This document shows, one piece after another, positions 1 through 9,045 of a stretch of 64,000 bases of DNA. Location: the NCBI GenBank assembly GCA_964291285.2, contig OZ219786.1, forward strand, positions 288,001 through 352,000. Direction: 5' to 3'. The stretch comes from Alphaproteobacteria bacterium (GTDB lineage: Bacteria > Pseudomonadota > Alphaproteobacteria > Bin95). A program made the position numbers and the translations under genes. The notes under the pieces are model-generated. The model saw only the letters and a list, made by a program, of their open reading frames with translations. It had not been told where the DNA came from and did no database searches. The number at the start of each line of letters is the position of its first letter. The stretch's first letter is position 1.

Positions 1-387
1 GATCGCCGGCTCCTGGAACACGGCGGCAGCGGAAGAGGCCGGGGCGGCGGCGGGAAAGACGGACCGCCGCCCCGGCGCGCCGGCGGACAACGGAACGGCC
101 GTGTTGTCCGAAGCCGCCGGCGTCCCGCGATCGGCGCCGCCCGCGCCCGGGGAAGCGGCGGACGGCCCGGGGCCGGGAAGGGAAGGCGGGGTTGCCGGGG
201 CCGGTGACGACGGCGAAGACGGCAACGGCGGAAGCGCGTCCCCCGTCCCCTCCGGCAACGCCGCCGCCGGTGACAGCAGCAACCCCCCGGACAGCAGGCC
301 CGCAAGCAGGGGCAGGACCCGCGGACGCGCCCGGACACCCGCCGGAGACTTGACGAAAACCCGCCCCGCGGGACAGGATGAGCCCAT
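1..387 (-). CDS. Putative secreted Pro/Ala/Ser-rich protein, runs off the window start (possibly pilus-associated)
   Basis: Manually translated open frame MGSSCPAGRVFVKSPAGVRARPRVLPLLAGLLSGGLLLSPAAALPEGTG...VFQEPAI with no stop down to position 1. GAAGGA lies 7 nt upstream of the ATG, and there is a signal-peptide-like basic/hydrophobic/AAA stretch. Not in the ORF track because it is truncated. Confidence 0.45.
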   Translation of the reverse strand, partial: MGSSCPAGRVFVKSPAGVRARPRVLPLLAGLLSGGLLLSPAAALPEGTGDALPPLPSSPSSPAPATPPSLPGPGPSAASPGAGGADRGTPAASDNTAVPLSAGAPGRRSVFPAAAPASSAAAVFQEPAI

Positions 388-814
388 GATGTCGTCCTTC
401 GACACCCTCGCCGCCGCCGAAGCGCTCCAGGACGCCGGCGCCAAGCCCGAACTCGCCAAGGCCATGGCCGCCCAGCTCAAGGCCGCGGCGAAAGCCGGCG
501 AACCCGTCACGAGACCCGAACTCGACGCCGCTCTCGGCGCCCTCAAGGCCGAACTGCTCGAACGAATCGCCGCGACCGACCAGCGGATCACATCCGTCGA
601 GAAAAACCTGATCGAGCGCATTGCGACGAGCGAAAAGGGGCTGATCGAGCGCATCGCGGCGAGCGAAAAGGGCCTGAATGACCGCATCGCCGAGACGGAA
701 CGCCGGCTGATGGACCGGACGGCCGCCCTCGTCTGGCGGCTGTTCGGCGCCATGGTCGCGCTCGCCGGCATCACCATCGCGGTGCTCGAATACCTGCGCA
801 CGCCGGCCGGATAG
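386..814 (+). CDS. DUF1640/CCDC90-like membrane-anchored coiled-coil protein
   Basis: Starts MMSSFDTL with AGGA upstream. FDTL head motif, VTRPEL neck-like motif, 11-residue coiled-coil repeats and a C-terminal TM helix (LVWRLFGAMVALAGITIAVL). The ORF-track N-extension from 101 is judged spurious. Confidence 0.75.
   Translation: MMSSFDTLAAAEALQDAGAKPELAKAMAAQLKAAAKAGEPVTRPELDAALGALKAELLERIAATDQRITSVEKNLIERIATSEKGLIERIAASEKGLNDRIAETERRLMDRTAALVWRLFGAMVALAGITIAVLEYLRTPAG
608..694 (+). repeat. 33-nt tandem repeat (hendecad coiled-coil repeat)
   Basis: ctgatcgagcgcattgcgacgagcgaaaagggg / ctgatcgagcgcatcgcggcgagcgaaaagggc / ctgaatgaccgcatcgccgag encode LIERIATSEKG / LIERIAASEKG / LNDRIAE. Confidence 0.85.
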
Positions 815-936
815 CCCCCGGCGGCCCCGGCAGCCGCAACCGGCCGGAAAATGCCGGCAGACTTGCGCGCTCCATGACCGGCGCTGACAGCCGCGAAGCG
901 AAGACGGCGGAAGGCGCGCAGCATCGCCCGGCGCCC

Positions 937-2184
937 TCAGTACCGGTCCCGTGTGAACCGTGTCCACACGGTCGGCTGCATATCGAGATCGGCGGCCAGT
1001 TCGCGCCAGCCGATGCTGCGCGGCCCCGCCGGATCGTCCCGGACCGTCATCTCCAGGCGGCCCCGCGTCCAGCGCCAGGTTCCGTCGAAATGAGGGCCTG
1101 ACACCAGGGTCCCCGCCTCGTCCACCACCGAGAACTTCCCCTCGGGATGGAACACGAAACGCCTGTCCGCATACGCCTCGCCCATGAACGCCAGCGAACG
1201 CGGATAAGGACGCGCGATGAACTCGTCCGTCAGCTGGAACGCCGGATGGCGGTGGCCCGTCGGCAGATACGGAAACGGATAGCCGACCGGATAGCGGAAC
1301 CGGACCCTCGGCCCGTCATGGATCTCGATCCACTCGCCCGCCTCGTCCGCCGTGCGCACGATGTCCCAGTAGCCGTCCGTCATGTTCCAGTGCCCGATCC
1401 GCCAGAGCTCCTCCCGGTCCCCGGCGCGCACATAGGTGAGGCCGATGCGCTTGTAGGTCATCAGCACATTGCCTTCCTGCGCCTCGAGGAAGGCCTCGAC
1501 CTCCGCCTTCGTCGTCGTCGGCCTGCCGCCCGAAGCGCCCAGGCCCGTGCGGCCGGGCGACGTCAACCGCCAACCCGGGAAGTGCCGGACCGGCGCGTCC
1601 GGGTCCTGGCGGCGCAGCTCGTCCATCTTCAGCGAGGTCTGCTTCTCGTTGACCCGGATATGCGCCGGGACCAGGTCCGGACAGGCGTCTGCCAGGGCGC
1701 GCGGCCAGCTGTCCTGGATATGGCCCGGATTGGTGAGGACAGCGCCGCCCTGCCCGTTGACTTCGGTCGCGAGCGTGCCGGTCTCCGGATCGTAGAAATG
1801 GGATGCATACAGCCGCTTCTGCGGGTCGATCTGCCACGCGACTTCGCCGCCGTTTCCCGCCATATGTGTTGACCAGCGGGTCGTGTCGTTGCCCAGCCAT
1901 TGGAACCTGCCGCCCGGGCGGCGGTGCGCGACGCACTCGTAGGCCGTCCCGTCGGCGCCGAAGACCACCCCCTGGACGACATTGCGGAACCGCCCGGTCC
2001 CCTCGACCACCTTCACCCTGTCCGCGAGCAGCCGGTTGTAGAAGTCGGCACTGTAGGGCGTATGGTTGATATAGACCTTGCTGTCGAGCTTGGCCGACTG
2101 CCCGTGCGCCGTGCAGGAGGCCAGCGCCGCGCCCGCAAGCGCCAGCGCCAGCAGTCTCCCTGCCGTGAGGTTCGACGGCTTCAT
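937..2184 (-). CDS. Lipoprotein of unknown function (415 aa)
   Basis: MKPSNLTAGRLLALALAGAALASC lipobox. ATG at 2184 overlaps the desaturase stop (ATGA). Aromatic, beta-rich mature part. Confidence 0.7.
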   Translation of the reverse strand: MKPSNLTAGRLLALALAGAALASCTAHGQSAKLDSKVYINHTPYSADFYNRLLADRVKVVEGTGRFRNVVQGVVFGADGTAYECVAHRRPGGRFQWLGNDTTRWSTHMAGNGGEVAWQIDPQKRLYASHFYDPETGTLATEVNGQGGAVLTNPGHIQDSWPRALADACPDLVPAHIRVNEKQTSLKMDELRRQDPDAPVRHFPGWRLTSPGRTGLGASGGRPTTTKAEVEAFLEAQEGNVLMTYKRIGLTYVRAGDREELWRIGHWNMTDGYWDIVRTADEAGEWIEIHDGPRVRFRYPVGYPFPYLPTGHRHPAFQLTDEFIARPYPRSLAFMGEAYADRRFVFHPEGKFSVVDEAGTLVSGPHFDGTWRWTRGRLEMTVRDDPAGPRSIGWRELAADLDMQPTVWTRFTRDRY

Positions 2185-3011
2185 GTCACTGTCTCCCTTC
2201 CGTCTCGCGATGGAGTGCGCCGGGCCCGGATGCGGGCCCCGCAAGAGGCCAGTCCGATCACGAGGCCCGCCATGTCGAGCGTCGGGTGGAACACCGCCCG
2301 GCCCGGCGCGGCGTGATGGTTGTTGTGCCAGCCCTCGCCCCAGGTGAGCAGTGCGACCGCCGGGTTGTTGCGGCTGTCGTCGCCCGTCCGGTGCGGCTGC
2401 GCCCCCCAGCGGTGGCAGGCCATCGTCACCAGCCCGCCCGCCCAGAGCGTCGCCGCCACCGGGACCGCCCAGCCGAAGACCGCCAGACGCCAGTCCAGCA
2501 CCGCCAGCAGCACAGGCCAGCCGAGCGCCAGCGGCAGGTAGTGCCGGTGCAGCCACAGGCCGAACCGGTCGCCGCGCAGCTCGCGCCGGAACGCCGCCCT
2601 GTCCGCCGGCGCGCCGTAGCTCCCGACCAGCAGCGCCCGCCAGCCGAGCCGGCCGGCCGGATGCGGGTCGCCCGCCCGGTCGGCATGGGCGTGATGGCGC
2701 CGGTGCGTCACCGCCCATGCGGGTCCGGTCCCGAAGCAGCCCATCACTCCCAGCAGGTGGAACATCACCACCGCCCGGCGCGGCGCCGCGAAACTCCGGT
2801 GCGCGAAGTAGCGGTGGAACCCGATCGACAGCCCGACGCAGCCGAAGAGGAAATAGCCGGACAGCGCGAGCGCCCACCAGGCGAGACCCGCTTCGGCGAA
2901 CGCCAGCGCCCACAGCGCGACCGCGCCGGTGACGATCTGGACCGCGCCGAAGAACATCATCGGCGCACCCGCCCTCCGGAACAGGTCCGTTCCCGCCGCC
3001 GGCGCGCTCAC
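2181..3011 (-). CDS. Membrane fatty-acid desaturase (delta9/OLE1-like)
   Basis: Three His boxes HRYFAH, HRRHH and HNNHH, the motifs DSRNN and GEGWHNNHH, and TM segments. GTG at 3011 overlaps the GNAT stop (GTGA); an alternative ATG lies near 2960. Confidence 0.88.
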   Translation of the reverse strand: MSAPAAGTDLFRRAGAPMMFFGAVQIVTGAVALWALAFAEAGLAWWALALSGYFLFGCVGLSIGFHRYFAHRSFAAPRRAVVMFHLLGVMGCFGTGPAWAVTHRRHHAHADRAGDPHPAGRLGWRALLVGSYGAPADRAAFRRELRGDRFGLWLHRHYLPLALGWPVLLAVLDWRLAVFGWAVPVAATLWAGGLVTMACHRWGAQPHRTGDDSRNNPAVALLTWGEGWHNNHHAAPGRAVFHPTLDMAGLVIGLASCGARIRARRTPSRDGRETVT

Positions 3012-3523
3012 AGCGCGAGCTCGTAGTTGCCGCCCGTCAGCCGGAAGCCGAGGCGCTTCAACAGCCTGTCGGTCCGCGCGATGTCCACGCCGGAGGCGAC
3101 ATTGACATGCAGGCGGACCGCGCCGCGTTCCCCGGCCCACCGCCGGCAGGCGTGCAGCAGCTTGATCGCCGCCAGCGACCCCCGATGCTCCGGCAGCACG
3201 TAGAAGGCGAGGATCGAGGCGCCGGGCGCGGACGAGTACCAGTGAGGCCCGACAGCCGCTGACAGCATGCCGACCGTGCGCTCGCCGCGCTCGGCCTGCA
3301 CCAGGCAATACCTGCCAGGCTTCGCGAGGCGCTCGACGACGCCCCGCCTGACAAGTTCCCCATCGAAGGGGAGCGCCTTGTCGCCCATCTCCTCATACGC
3401 GCGGCGGGCCAGGCTCACCCGCGCGGCGATATCCTCTTCGGACCGCGAGAACCGGACGGTCACGCTGCCGGGCCGGGCGTCTGCCGGGCGGGGCGCAGCG
3501 GCAACTGCCGGGGCCGCGCTCAT
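3008..3523 (-). CDS. GNAT family N-acyltransferase
   Basis: FYVLPEHRGS (motif A) and RLLKRLGF C-terminal motif. ATG at 3523 overlaps the upstream stop (ATGA). Confidence 0.85.
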   Translation of the reverse strand: MSAAPAVAAAPRPADARPGSVTVRFSRSEEDIAARVSLARRAYEEMGDKALPFDGELVRRGVVERLAKPGRYCLVQAERGERTVGMLSAAVGPHWYSSAPGASILAFYVLPEHRGSLAAIKLLHACRRWAGERGAVRLHVNVASGVDIARTDRLLKRLGFRLTGGNYELAL

Positions 3524-5367
3524 TCCCTGCGCTCCCCGACCCTGAGCGAGACGTCCCAAAACGCCCTCGGGCCATCCTTGCCGACATATTGGCCCTCGCC
3601 GAACACGGTGTTGCCGGCGACGCTTCGCACGACGCCGTCGCTCGTCAGCGCGATGGACCGGATGCCGGCCTCGTCGAGGCTGCGCAACTCGCCCGGATCG
3701 CTCTCGCCGTCCCGGTCGAGGTCCTGCCAGACCCGGAACAGGGCCCACTCCGCATCCTCGGGGTCCAACTGCCCGTCGCCGTCGGTGTCGAAATGGCGGA
3801 GGCCCTCGAGGTCCGTGCGCGCGCCCGGCACATAGGAGACGAAGCTCAACTCGTCATGCGCCGCGATCCGCCCGTCGCCGTCCTTGTCGTAGGCCAGGAA
3901 GCCGTCATCGGCGGCGGCCCAGGCCATGCGGGTGCGATAGCCATCGCCGTTGATGTCGTAGAACGCGGTCGAGTCCTCGAGCGCCACCAGCTCCACCCCG
4001 TCCCCGTCCAGGTCCAGCACGATCGGCTTGGCGCCCCCGCCACCACCATTGTGGCCGCCATTGTTGGCGCTGTCGCCCTTGCCGCTGGAGCCGCAGCAGC
4101 CCACGCTCGGATCCGTGTCGTCGTCGTCGTCTCCGGCCTCGACCCCGTCATTGTCACCATCATGTCCTCCCGGGCTCTCATATTCGGGGCCGGGCAGGAT
4201 GGGATCGGTCGGCGGCGGCTGGATGGGCGTCGGCGTCCTGGGCCCGACCGGAGGCGGATCGGTCGGCCGGGGAGGCGCGCCCGGATCGGGCGTTACCGGA
4301 TCGGGACGCCGCGGTGGGTCCTGCGGCGGAGGCGGAGGAGGCTGGCAGTTGTCCACGTTCCGCACCCACCGCCGGGCCCCGACCAGGCGCCATGTCCGCA
4401 CCACCTCCGCGCCCGGACGGACCTGGAAGTCCCGATACTGCGTGTCCTGCTCGTAATGCGAGGTGCAGCCGCCCGACCACCCCGAGGGGCAGGAGCAGGA
4501 GCCCGTGGTGCGCTGCACCGGCCCCGCATACAGCCGGATCACCGGGTCCGGGAGCGGGTCCGGGGCCGGCGCCTGCGCATACACATGCGGGCAGAGGCCG
4601 CCGGCATGGCGCCACGGGCCGCACTGCGCCCTTGCTCCGAGACCCGCCCGGCGGTCGCAGTCGCGCGGCCAGAGATGCGCCGCGTCCGGCGCCGTCGCCG
4701 CAAGGTCCCGGCCCCGCGCATCGCCCGCCCCGCGAATGTCCGTCGCCTGGATCGGAACACGCCGCGACTCGCGGAAGGTCTCCGTCGCCGAACCCGGACA
4801 GGCCACCGTCCGGAACTCCGTCTCCCAGCGGAACCCCGTCACCGTGCGCGCCGGATCGGCCACCGCCCCCACAAGCCCGACACGATCCTCCCCCAGCGAG
4901 GGAACCGACATGCAGGCCGGCAGCGACGCGTCGGCACGCCCGAGCGCGCCCGCCGCAATGCGCGTGTTCGCCAGGATCACATGCAGCCCCGCCCGGCCGC
5001 CCCGCACCGGCGCCACCTGAACCTCGCGATGGCCCCGGCCCACGCCCTTCAGCTCGTCGCTGGCCGCATGGACCGCCAGCACCCCGCCGCAATAGCGCGC
5101 CGTCAGGCCCCGCTCCGTCCAGGACCCGAGCCACCAGGCGCCGGAGGGCGGGTCCGAGGCGCCGTCCCATTCGCTCCGCCAGAGCCGGGCCGCGTCCGTC
5201 ACGCGGATGCGCTCCCCGACACTCGCGAAGGCGGTCCGGATCGCCGCCGCATGCGCCAGCGCCTCCTGGCGCCGCGTCCGGTCCGGATCGCCCGTCTGCG
5301 CCACAGCGCCGGGCGCGATCGCGGCGAGGGTCAACGCCAGCGCCGCTGCGGTTCCCGCCTGTCTCAT
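3520..5367 (-). CDS. Secreted PilV-like adhesin with Cys-containing repeats, Pro-rich linker and C-terminal Ca-binding FrpC-SPM-like domain (615 aa)
   Basis: Signal peptide MRQAGTAAALALTLAAIAPGAVAQ. Two CP-G...W...C modules and a Pro-rich linker. C-terminal PIVLDLDGDGVEL...DINGDG...DDGFLAYDKDGDG...FDTDGDG...FRVWQDLDRDGESDPGELRSL. ATGA overlap with the pilO-like gene. Confidence 0.65.
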   Translation of the reverse strand: MRQAGTAAALALTLAAIAPGAVAQTGDPDRTRRQEALAHAAAIRTAFASVGERIRVTDAARLWRSEWDGASDPPSGAWWLGSWTERGLTARYCGGVLAVHAASDELKGVGRGHREVQVAPVRGGRAGLHVILANTRIAAGALGRADASLPACMSVPSLGEDRVGLVGAVADPARTVTGFRWETEFRTVACPGSATETFRESRRVPIQATDIRGAGDARGRDLAATAPDAAHLWPRDCDRRAGLGARAQCGPWRHAGGLCPHVYAQAPAPDPLPDPVIRLYAGPVQRTTGSCSCPSGWSGGCTSHYEQDTQYRDFQVRPGAEVVRTWRLVGARRWVRNVDNCQPPPPPPQDPPRRPDPVTPDPGAPPRPTDPPPVGPRTPTPIQPPPTDPILPGPEYESPGGHDGDNDGVEAGDDDDDTDPSVGCCGSSGKGDSANNGGHNGGGGGAKPIVLDLDGDGVELVALEDSTAFYDINGDGYRTRMAWAAADDGFLAYDKDGDGRIAAHDELSFVSYVPGARTDLEGLRHFDTDGDGQLDPEDAEWALFRVWQDLDRDGESDPGELRSLDEAGIRSIALTSDGVVRSVAGNTVFGEGQYVGKDGPRAFWDVSLRVGERRE

Positions 5368-6656
5368 CCCGCACTCCCCGCCGCGGCGTCCGCGCCGCCG
5401 TCCACCGGCAGGCCCGTCAGCGCCGTGAACTCGCTCTGAAGCATCCGGAACGGGCGCGACCGCCGGCAGGCGAATACCCAGCCCCCCTCCCGGCTCCACG
5501 CCGCGGACACCACCTCCAGGCCCTCGACCGCCGTCAGCATCGCGACCGCCTCGCCCAGCGGGCGCACGGTCCGCAACTCCACCTCGACCTCCGCTCCCCA
5601 CTGCCCGTAGCCGATATCGAACCCCCGCAGCCCCAGCGCCCTGTCCAGGCGGCGGCGGAACGCGGCAGGCTCCGGCCAGGGCGCGGCCTCCGGGTCGTGG
5701 CGCGCCAGCACCGCCGGCAGCAGGCTGAACGCCGCCGCCGTTCCCGTGTTATCCAGAAGGGCGTTGCGCCAGTCTCCCAGCATGTCCTGCGCCAGAGGCA
5801 CATGCACGCGCGGGTCGAGGCCCTCGCGCAGGCCCCAGTGCACCTCCAGCACCGCCTGCCCGGACAGGCCGCCCGGCGACAGGCCGGACCGCGCCTGCAC
5901 GAAACGCGGATGGCACGCCGCCCCCTGCCGCTCCCACCCCGACATCGTGACCCGGTGCGCCTCCAGCGCCGCCCGGCAGTGCCGCAGGAACGCCCCGCTC
6001 CGCACCACCGCATCGACCATGGGCGGTTCCTCCGGCGGCGCCTCCTTCAGATGGACGAACACCAGTATGTCGTCCCGATGGTTCCAGGCCGGCCAGGCCC
6101 CGCCGCCGGCCAGCACCAGCAGCGCCGCCGCGATGCCCGCGCGCCAGGTCAGGCGCACCTTCGGCGCCTCGACCATGACCGGCAGGCCCGCCGCCGCGCC
6201 CGCAAGCGCCCCGCTCTCGACAACCGCCCCGGCCCCGAACAGCTCCGCAAGGCCCGGCGTCGCGACCACTGCCGCATCCTGGCCGCCGGCGCTGCCCAGC
6301 GCCCGGTGCGCCTGGTCAGCCGAGCGGTAGACGCTCTCCCCGCCCGGCAGGATGCGCCCGCCCGCGCTCCGCACGACCCCGACACGGTTGCCGCCGTCCT
6401 CCTCCACGAAGGCCGCCCAGGCGGCAGGCGCCCCCGCGCCGCCGGATGCCAGCACCGCCCGCAGCGCCCCGGCAAGCGGCGGCAGGCCGCCCGGCGCCTC
6501 CGCCGCCCCCAGAAACCCCGTCTGCCCGTCAAGCTCCACCATCCAGGCATGGCCGCGCTCGCGCGCCGCCCGCGCCGCACGGCCACGGGACAGCACGTCC
6601 CGCTCCCAGTCGAGACCGGCCGCAAACCGCCGCCCGCCCACCGCCAGCACGCTCAT
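5364..6656 (-). CDS. pilO: Type IVB pilus accessory protein PilO-like (PilO2)
   Basis: N-terminus MSVLAVGGRRFAAGLDW resembles PilO2 starts. Single mid-protein TM helix, 430 aa, coupled directly downstream of the secretin. Confidence 0.6.
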   Translation of the reverse strand: MSVLAVGGRRFAAGLDWERDVLSRGRAARAARERGHAWMVELDGQTGFLGAAEAPGGLPPLAGALRAVLASGGAGAPAAWAAFVEEDGGNRVGVVRSAGGRILPGGESVYRSADQAHRALGSAGGQDAAVVATPGLAELFGAGAVVESGALAGAAAGLPVMVEAPKVRLTWRAGIAAALLVLAGGGAWPAWNHRDDILVFVHLKEAPPEEPPMVDAVVRSGAFLRHCRAALEAHRVTMSGWERQGAACHPRFVQARSGLSPGGLSGQAVLEVHWGLREGLDPRVHVPLAQDMLGDWRNALLDNTGTAAAFSLLPAVLARHDPEAAPWPEPAAFRRRLDRALGLRGFDIGYGQWGAEVEVELRTVRPLGEAVAMLTAVEGLEVVSAAWSREGGWVFACRRSRPFRMLQSEFTALTGLPVDGGADAAAGSAG

Positions 6657-7898
6657 CCACCCGCCTCCCGGTCCACGCCCGCCGGTCCTGCACCGCCGCC
6701 CGCAGCCGCGACCGGAGCCGGGCCGAACCCCGCCCGCTCCGATATCCCCAGAGGCGCCCCGATCTCCGCCGTCACCAGAAGCGCCGTCTCCACACGCGCC
6801 AGGTCCGCTTTCCCACTGCCCTCCGGAAACGGCACGTCCTCGTGGACCGTCCCCGACCGGGTGCCCGTGGACGAACGGTCCCGGAAGCCCGTCAGCAGCA
6901 GCGTCTCGCCCCGCCCGATGCGCTGCGTCGCCACGATCGCGCGCCGCCCGCCCGCAGGAAGCTGGATCTCGTTGCCCGCAGAGCTGAACACCTTGAACGC
7001 CGGGCGGTCCTGGATCGTCGCCGTGATCCGCGCCAGAACCTCGTCATGCCCCACGACCCGCGCCACGAAACTCAGACCGAACCCCGACGACACCGTCCCC
7101 GGCGTCAGCTTGTACGACCGCACCCCGTCCTTGACCTCCGTGGCGACCTCCTTCAGGTAGGCCTGGTCGAACAGGTCGTAGAACTGCGCCGGGCGCCCGT
7201 TCAGCGTCGGCACGTCCACCGACAGCAGGCGCGAGGTCGTGCCGACCTTGCGGAGCGCGCTCACCGTCGCATCCAGCGTCTTCGTTCCGGCGGTCACCGG
7301 CTTTACTAACGAAATCGCGCCGCCCTGGAACCCGACCTGCAGGTTCGACCCGAACGCCTCCGGCAGCAGCCCCGTCAGACCCACCTCGTAGTCCGAGCCC
7401 CGGTCGAACCGCACCGAGTAGAGATGCACGCTCAGCGTCACCGGGCGCAGCACATGCCGGTTCACATGCTCCAGCCAGGACCGCACACGGTCCACCGCCC
7501 GCGGCAGGCCGGTCACCGTCACCGTCGAGGCCGCCGCCGAGATCGACACCCGGCCTTCGGAACCCGCGGCAGCCCAGGCCTGCGCCCCGATCTCCGACCA
7601 GGGCTCGTAGCTCATCTCCGAGGAGATCGACTGCTCCGAACTCCCCGAGGTCGCCTCGCCGCCGCTGCCCGAGGTTGTCGTCGTCACCGACCAGGTCTGG
7701 CGCCCGACCAGCGCATGCACCCCGAACACCCGCGTCTCGGAGCGCACCACCTCGACCAGCTCCGCCTCGCCGTCATACTGCCACCGGTAGCCCGCGCACT
7801 CCGTCCACGCGTCCAGCAGCCGGTCCAACGGACCTGCCCACACGCCGGCCTCGCCGGCCAGTTCGTCCTCCCAGGAGGCCAGCCAGGCCTCGCACGCG

Positions 7899-7982
7899 CC
7901 GCCCGTCGGCGCCGGCTCGCCATCCGTCGGCGCATCCGCCCCGTCCATCGGTGCATCCACGCCGTCCATCGGCGCCGGCTCG
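7899..7982 (-). repeat. Four 21-nt tandem repeats inside the secretin gene
   Basis: Encode EPAPMDG/VDAPMDG/ADAPTDG/EPAPTGG. Confidence 0.8.
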
Positions 7983-8114
7983 TTGTCCCTGTGGGCGGCT
8001 CCCTGCCACACGGCCCCGGTCAGCTGCACCCCGATGCCGGTCGCATCGGATATGCGGCGCGCCAGGACCTCGTCCCCCGGACCGTCGCCGAGCGTCACCA
8101 CGATCCCGGTCTCC

Positions 8115-9045
8115 GAGCCTGACCCAAAAAGAGTTGAGCGGTTTCAAGGGATTGTGATTCAGTTCGGTTATGCATCTGAACGGAGCCACGAATGCCCTGG
8201 ACCGAAACCGCTCGCCGGGAGTATCGGCGGGACTGCCCACGATATGCAAGCGATCTGACCGACGCTGAGTGGTCTCTGATCGAGCCCTTCATGCCGTTGC
8301 CCTGCCGTATCGGTCGCCCGCGCCAGACCGATCTGCGCGAGGTCGTAAATGCGGTGCTGTATATGGCCACGACCGGTTGTCAGTGGCGCCAGCTGCCGAA
8401 GGACTTTCCGCCGGTCTCGACGGTGCAGCGCTATTTCTACGAGTGGCGCGACAACAGGCTGTGGCAGACGATCCGGTTCCACCTGGCCGTGCAGGCGCGC
8501 GAACGCGAGGGGCGCGAGGCCCAGCCGAGCGCGGGCGTGATCGACAGCCAGACGGTGAAAACCACGGAGGCAGGCGGGGTTAGCGGCTATGACGCCGGCA
8601 AGAAGGTCAAAGGGCGCAAGCGCCACGCTGTCGTCGACACCATCGGCATGCTCTTCGGCCTCGTCGTACATGCCGCCGACGTTCAGGACCGCGACGGCGC
8701 CCCGGCCGTGCTGAAATCCATCCGCCACGCCTGCCCCTGGCTGCGTCATCTGTTCGCCGATGGCGGATATGCCGGGCCGAAACTGCGCGGCGCCCTCGAC
8801 AGGATCGGCAAGTGGACGCTCGAAATCGTCAAACGCTCCGACACCGCCAACGGCTTCGAAGTCCTCCCCGGACGATGGGTCGTCGAACGCACCTTCGCAT
8901 GGCTCGGGCGCTGCCGCAGGCTGGCAAAAGACTGGGAAAAATCCATCGCCTCAAGCGAAGCATGGATCAACATCGCCCATATCCGGCTCACAACACGCCG
9001 ACTCGCAAGGCCTTGAAAAACTTCAGCGAGTTTCGAGTCAGGCTC
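8115..9045 (+). mobile_element. IS5 family (IS1031-like group) insertion sequence, 931 bp
   Basis: Terminal IRs gagcctgacccaaaa (8115-8129) and tttcgagtcaggctc (9031-9045) match at 13/15. 3-bp target duplication TCC at 8112-8114 and 9046-9048. Confidence 0.92.
8192..9016 (+). CDS. IS5 family transposase
   Basis: YASDLTDAEW, TGCQWRQLPKDFPP, IDSQTVKT, GYDAGKKVKGRKRH, ADGGY, RWVVERTFAWL. Confidence 0.95.
   Translation: MPWTETARREYRRDCPRYASDLTDAEWSLIEPFMPLPCRIGRPRQTDLREVVNAVLYMATTGCQWRQLPKDFPPVSTVQRYFYEWRDNRLWQTIRFHLAVQAREREGREAQPSAGVIDSQTVKTTEAGGVSGYDAGKKVKGRKRHAVVDTIGMLFGLVVHAADVQDRDGAPAVLKSIRHACPWLRHLFADGGYAGPKLRGALDRIGKWTLEIVKRSDTANGFEVLPGRWVVERTFAWLGRCRRLAKDWEKSIASSEAWINIAHIRLTTRRLARP

Noticed and set aside
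3520-5367. Shufflon at the PilV-like gene
   Set aside because: No Rci recombinase, inverted alternative C-termini or sfx-like repeats are seen; the downstream genes are coupled intact ORFs
4314-7160. 948-aa plus-strand ORF and many other long Arg/Pro/Ala-rich ORFs in the track
   Set aside because: Antisense or off-frame shadows of real genes, expected in very GC-rich DNA; no motifs
7899-7982. 21-nt repeats as a regulatory array
   Set aside because: They are an in-frame low-complexity linker within the secretin coding sequence
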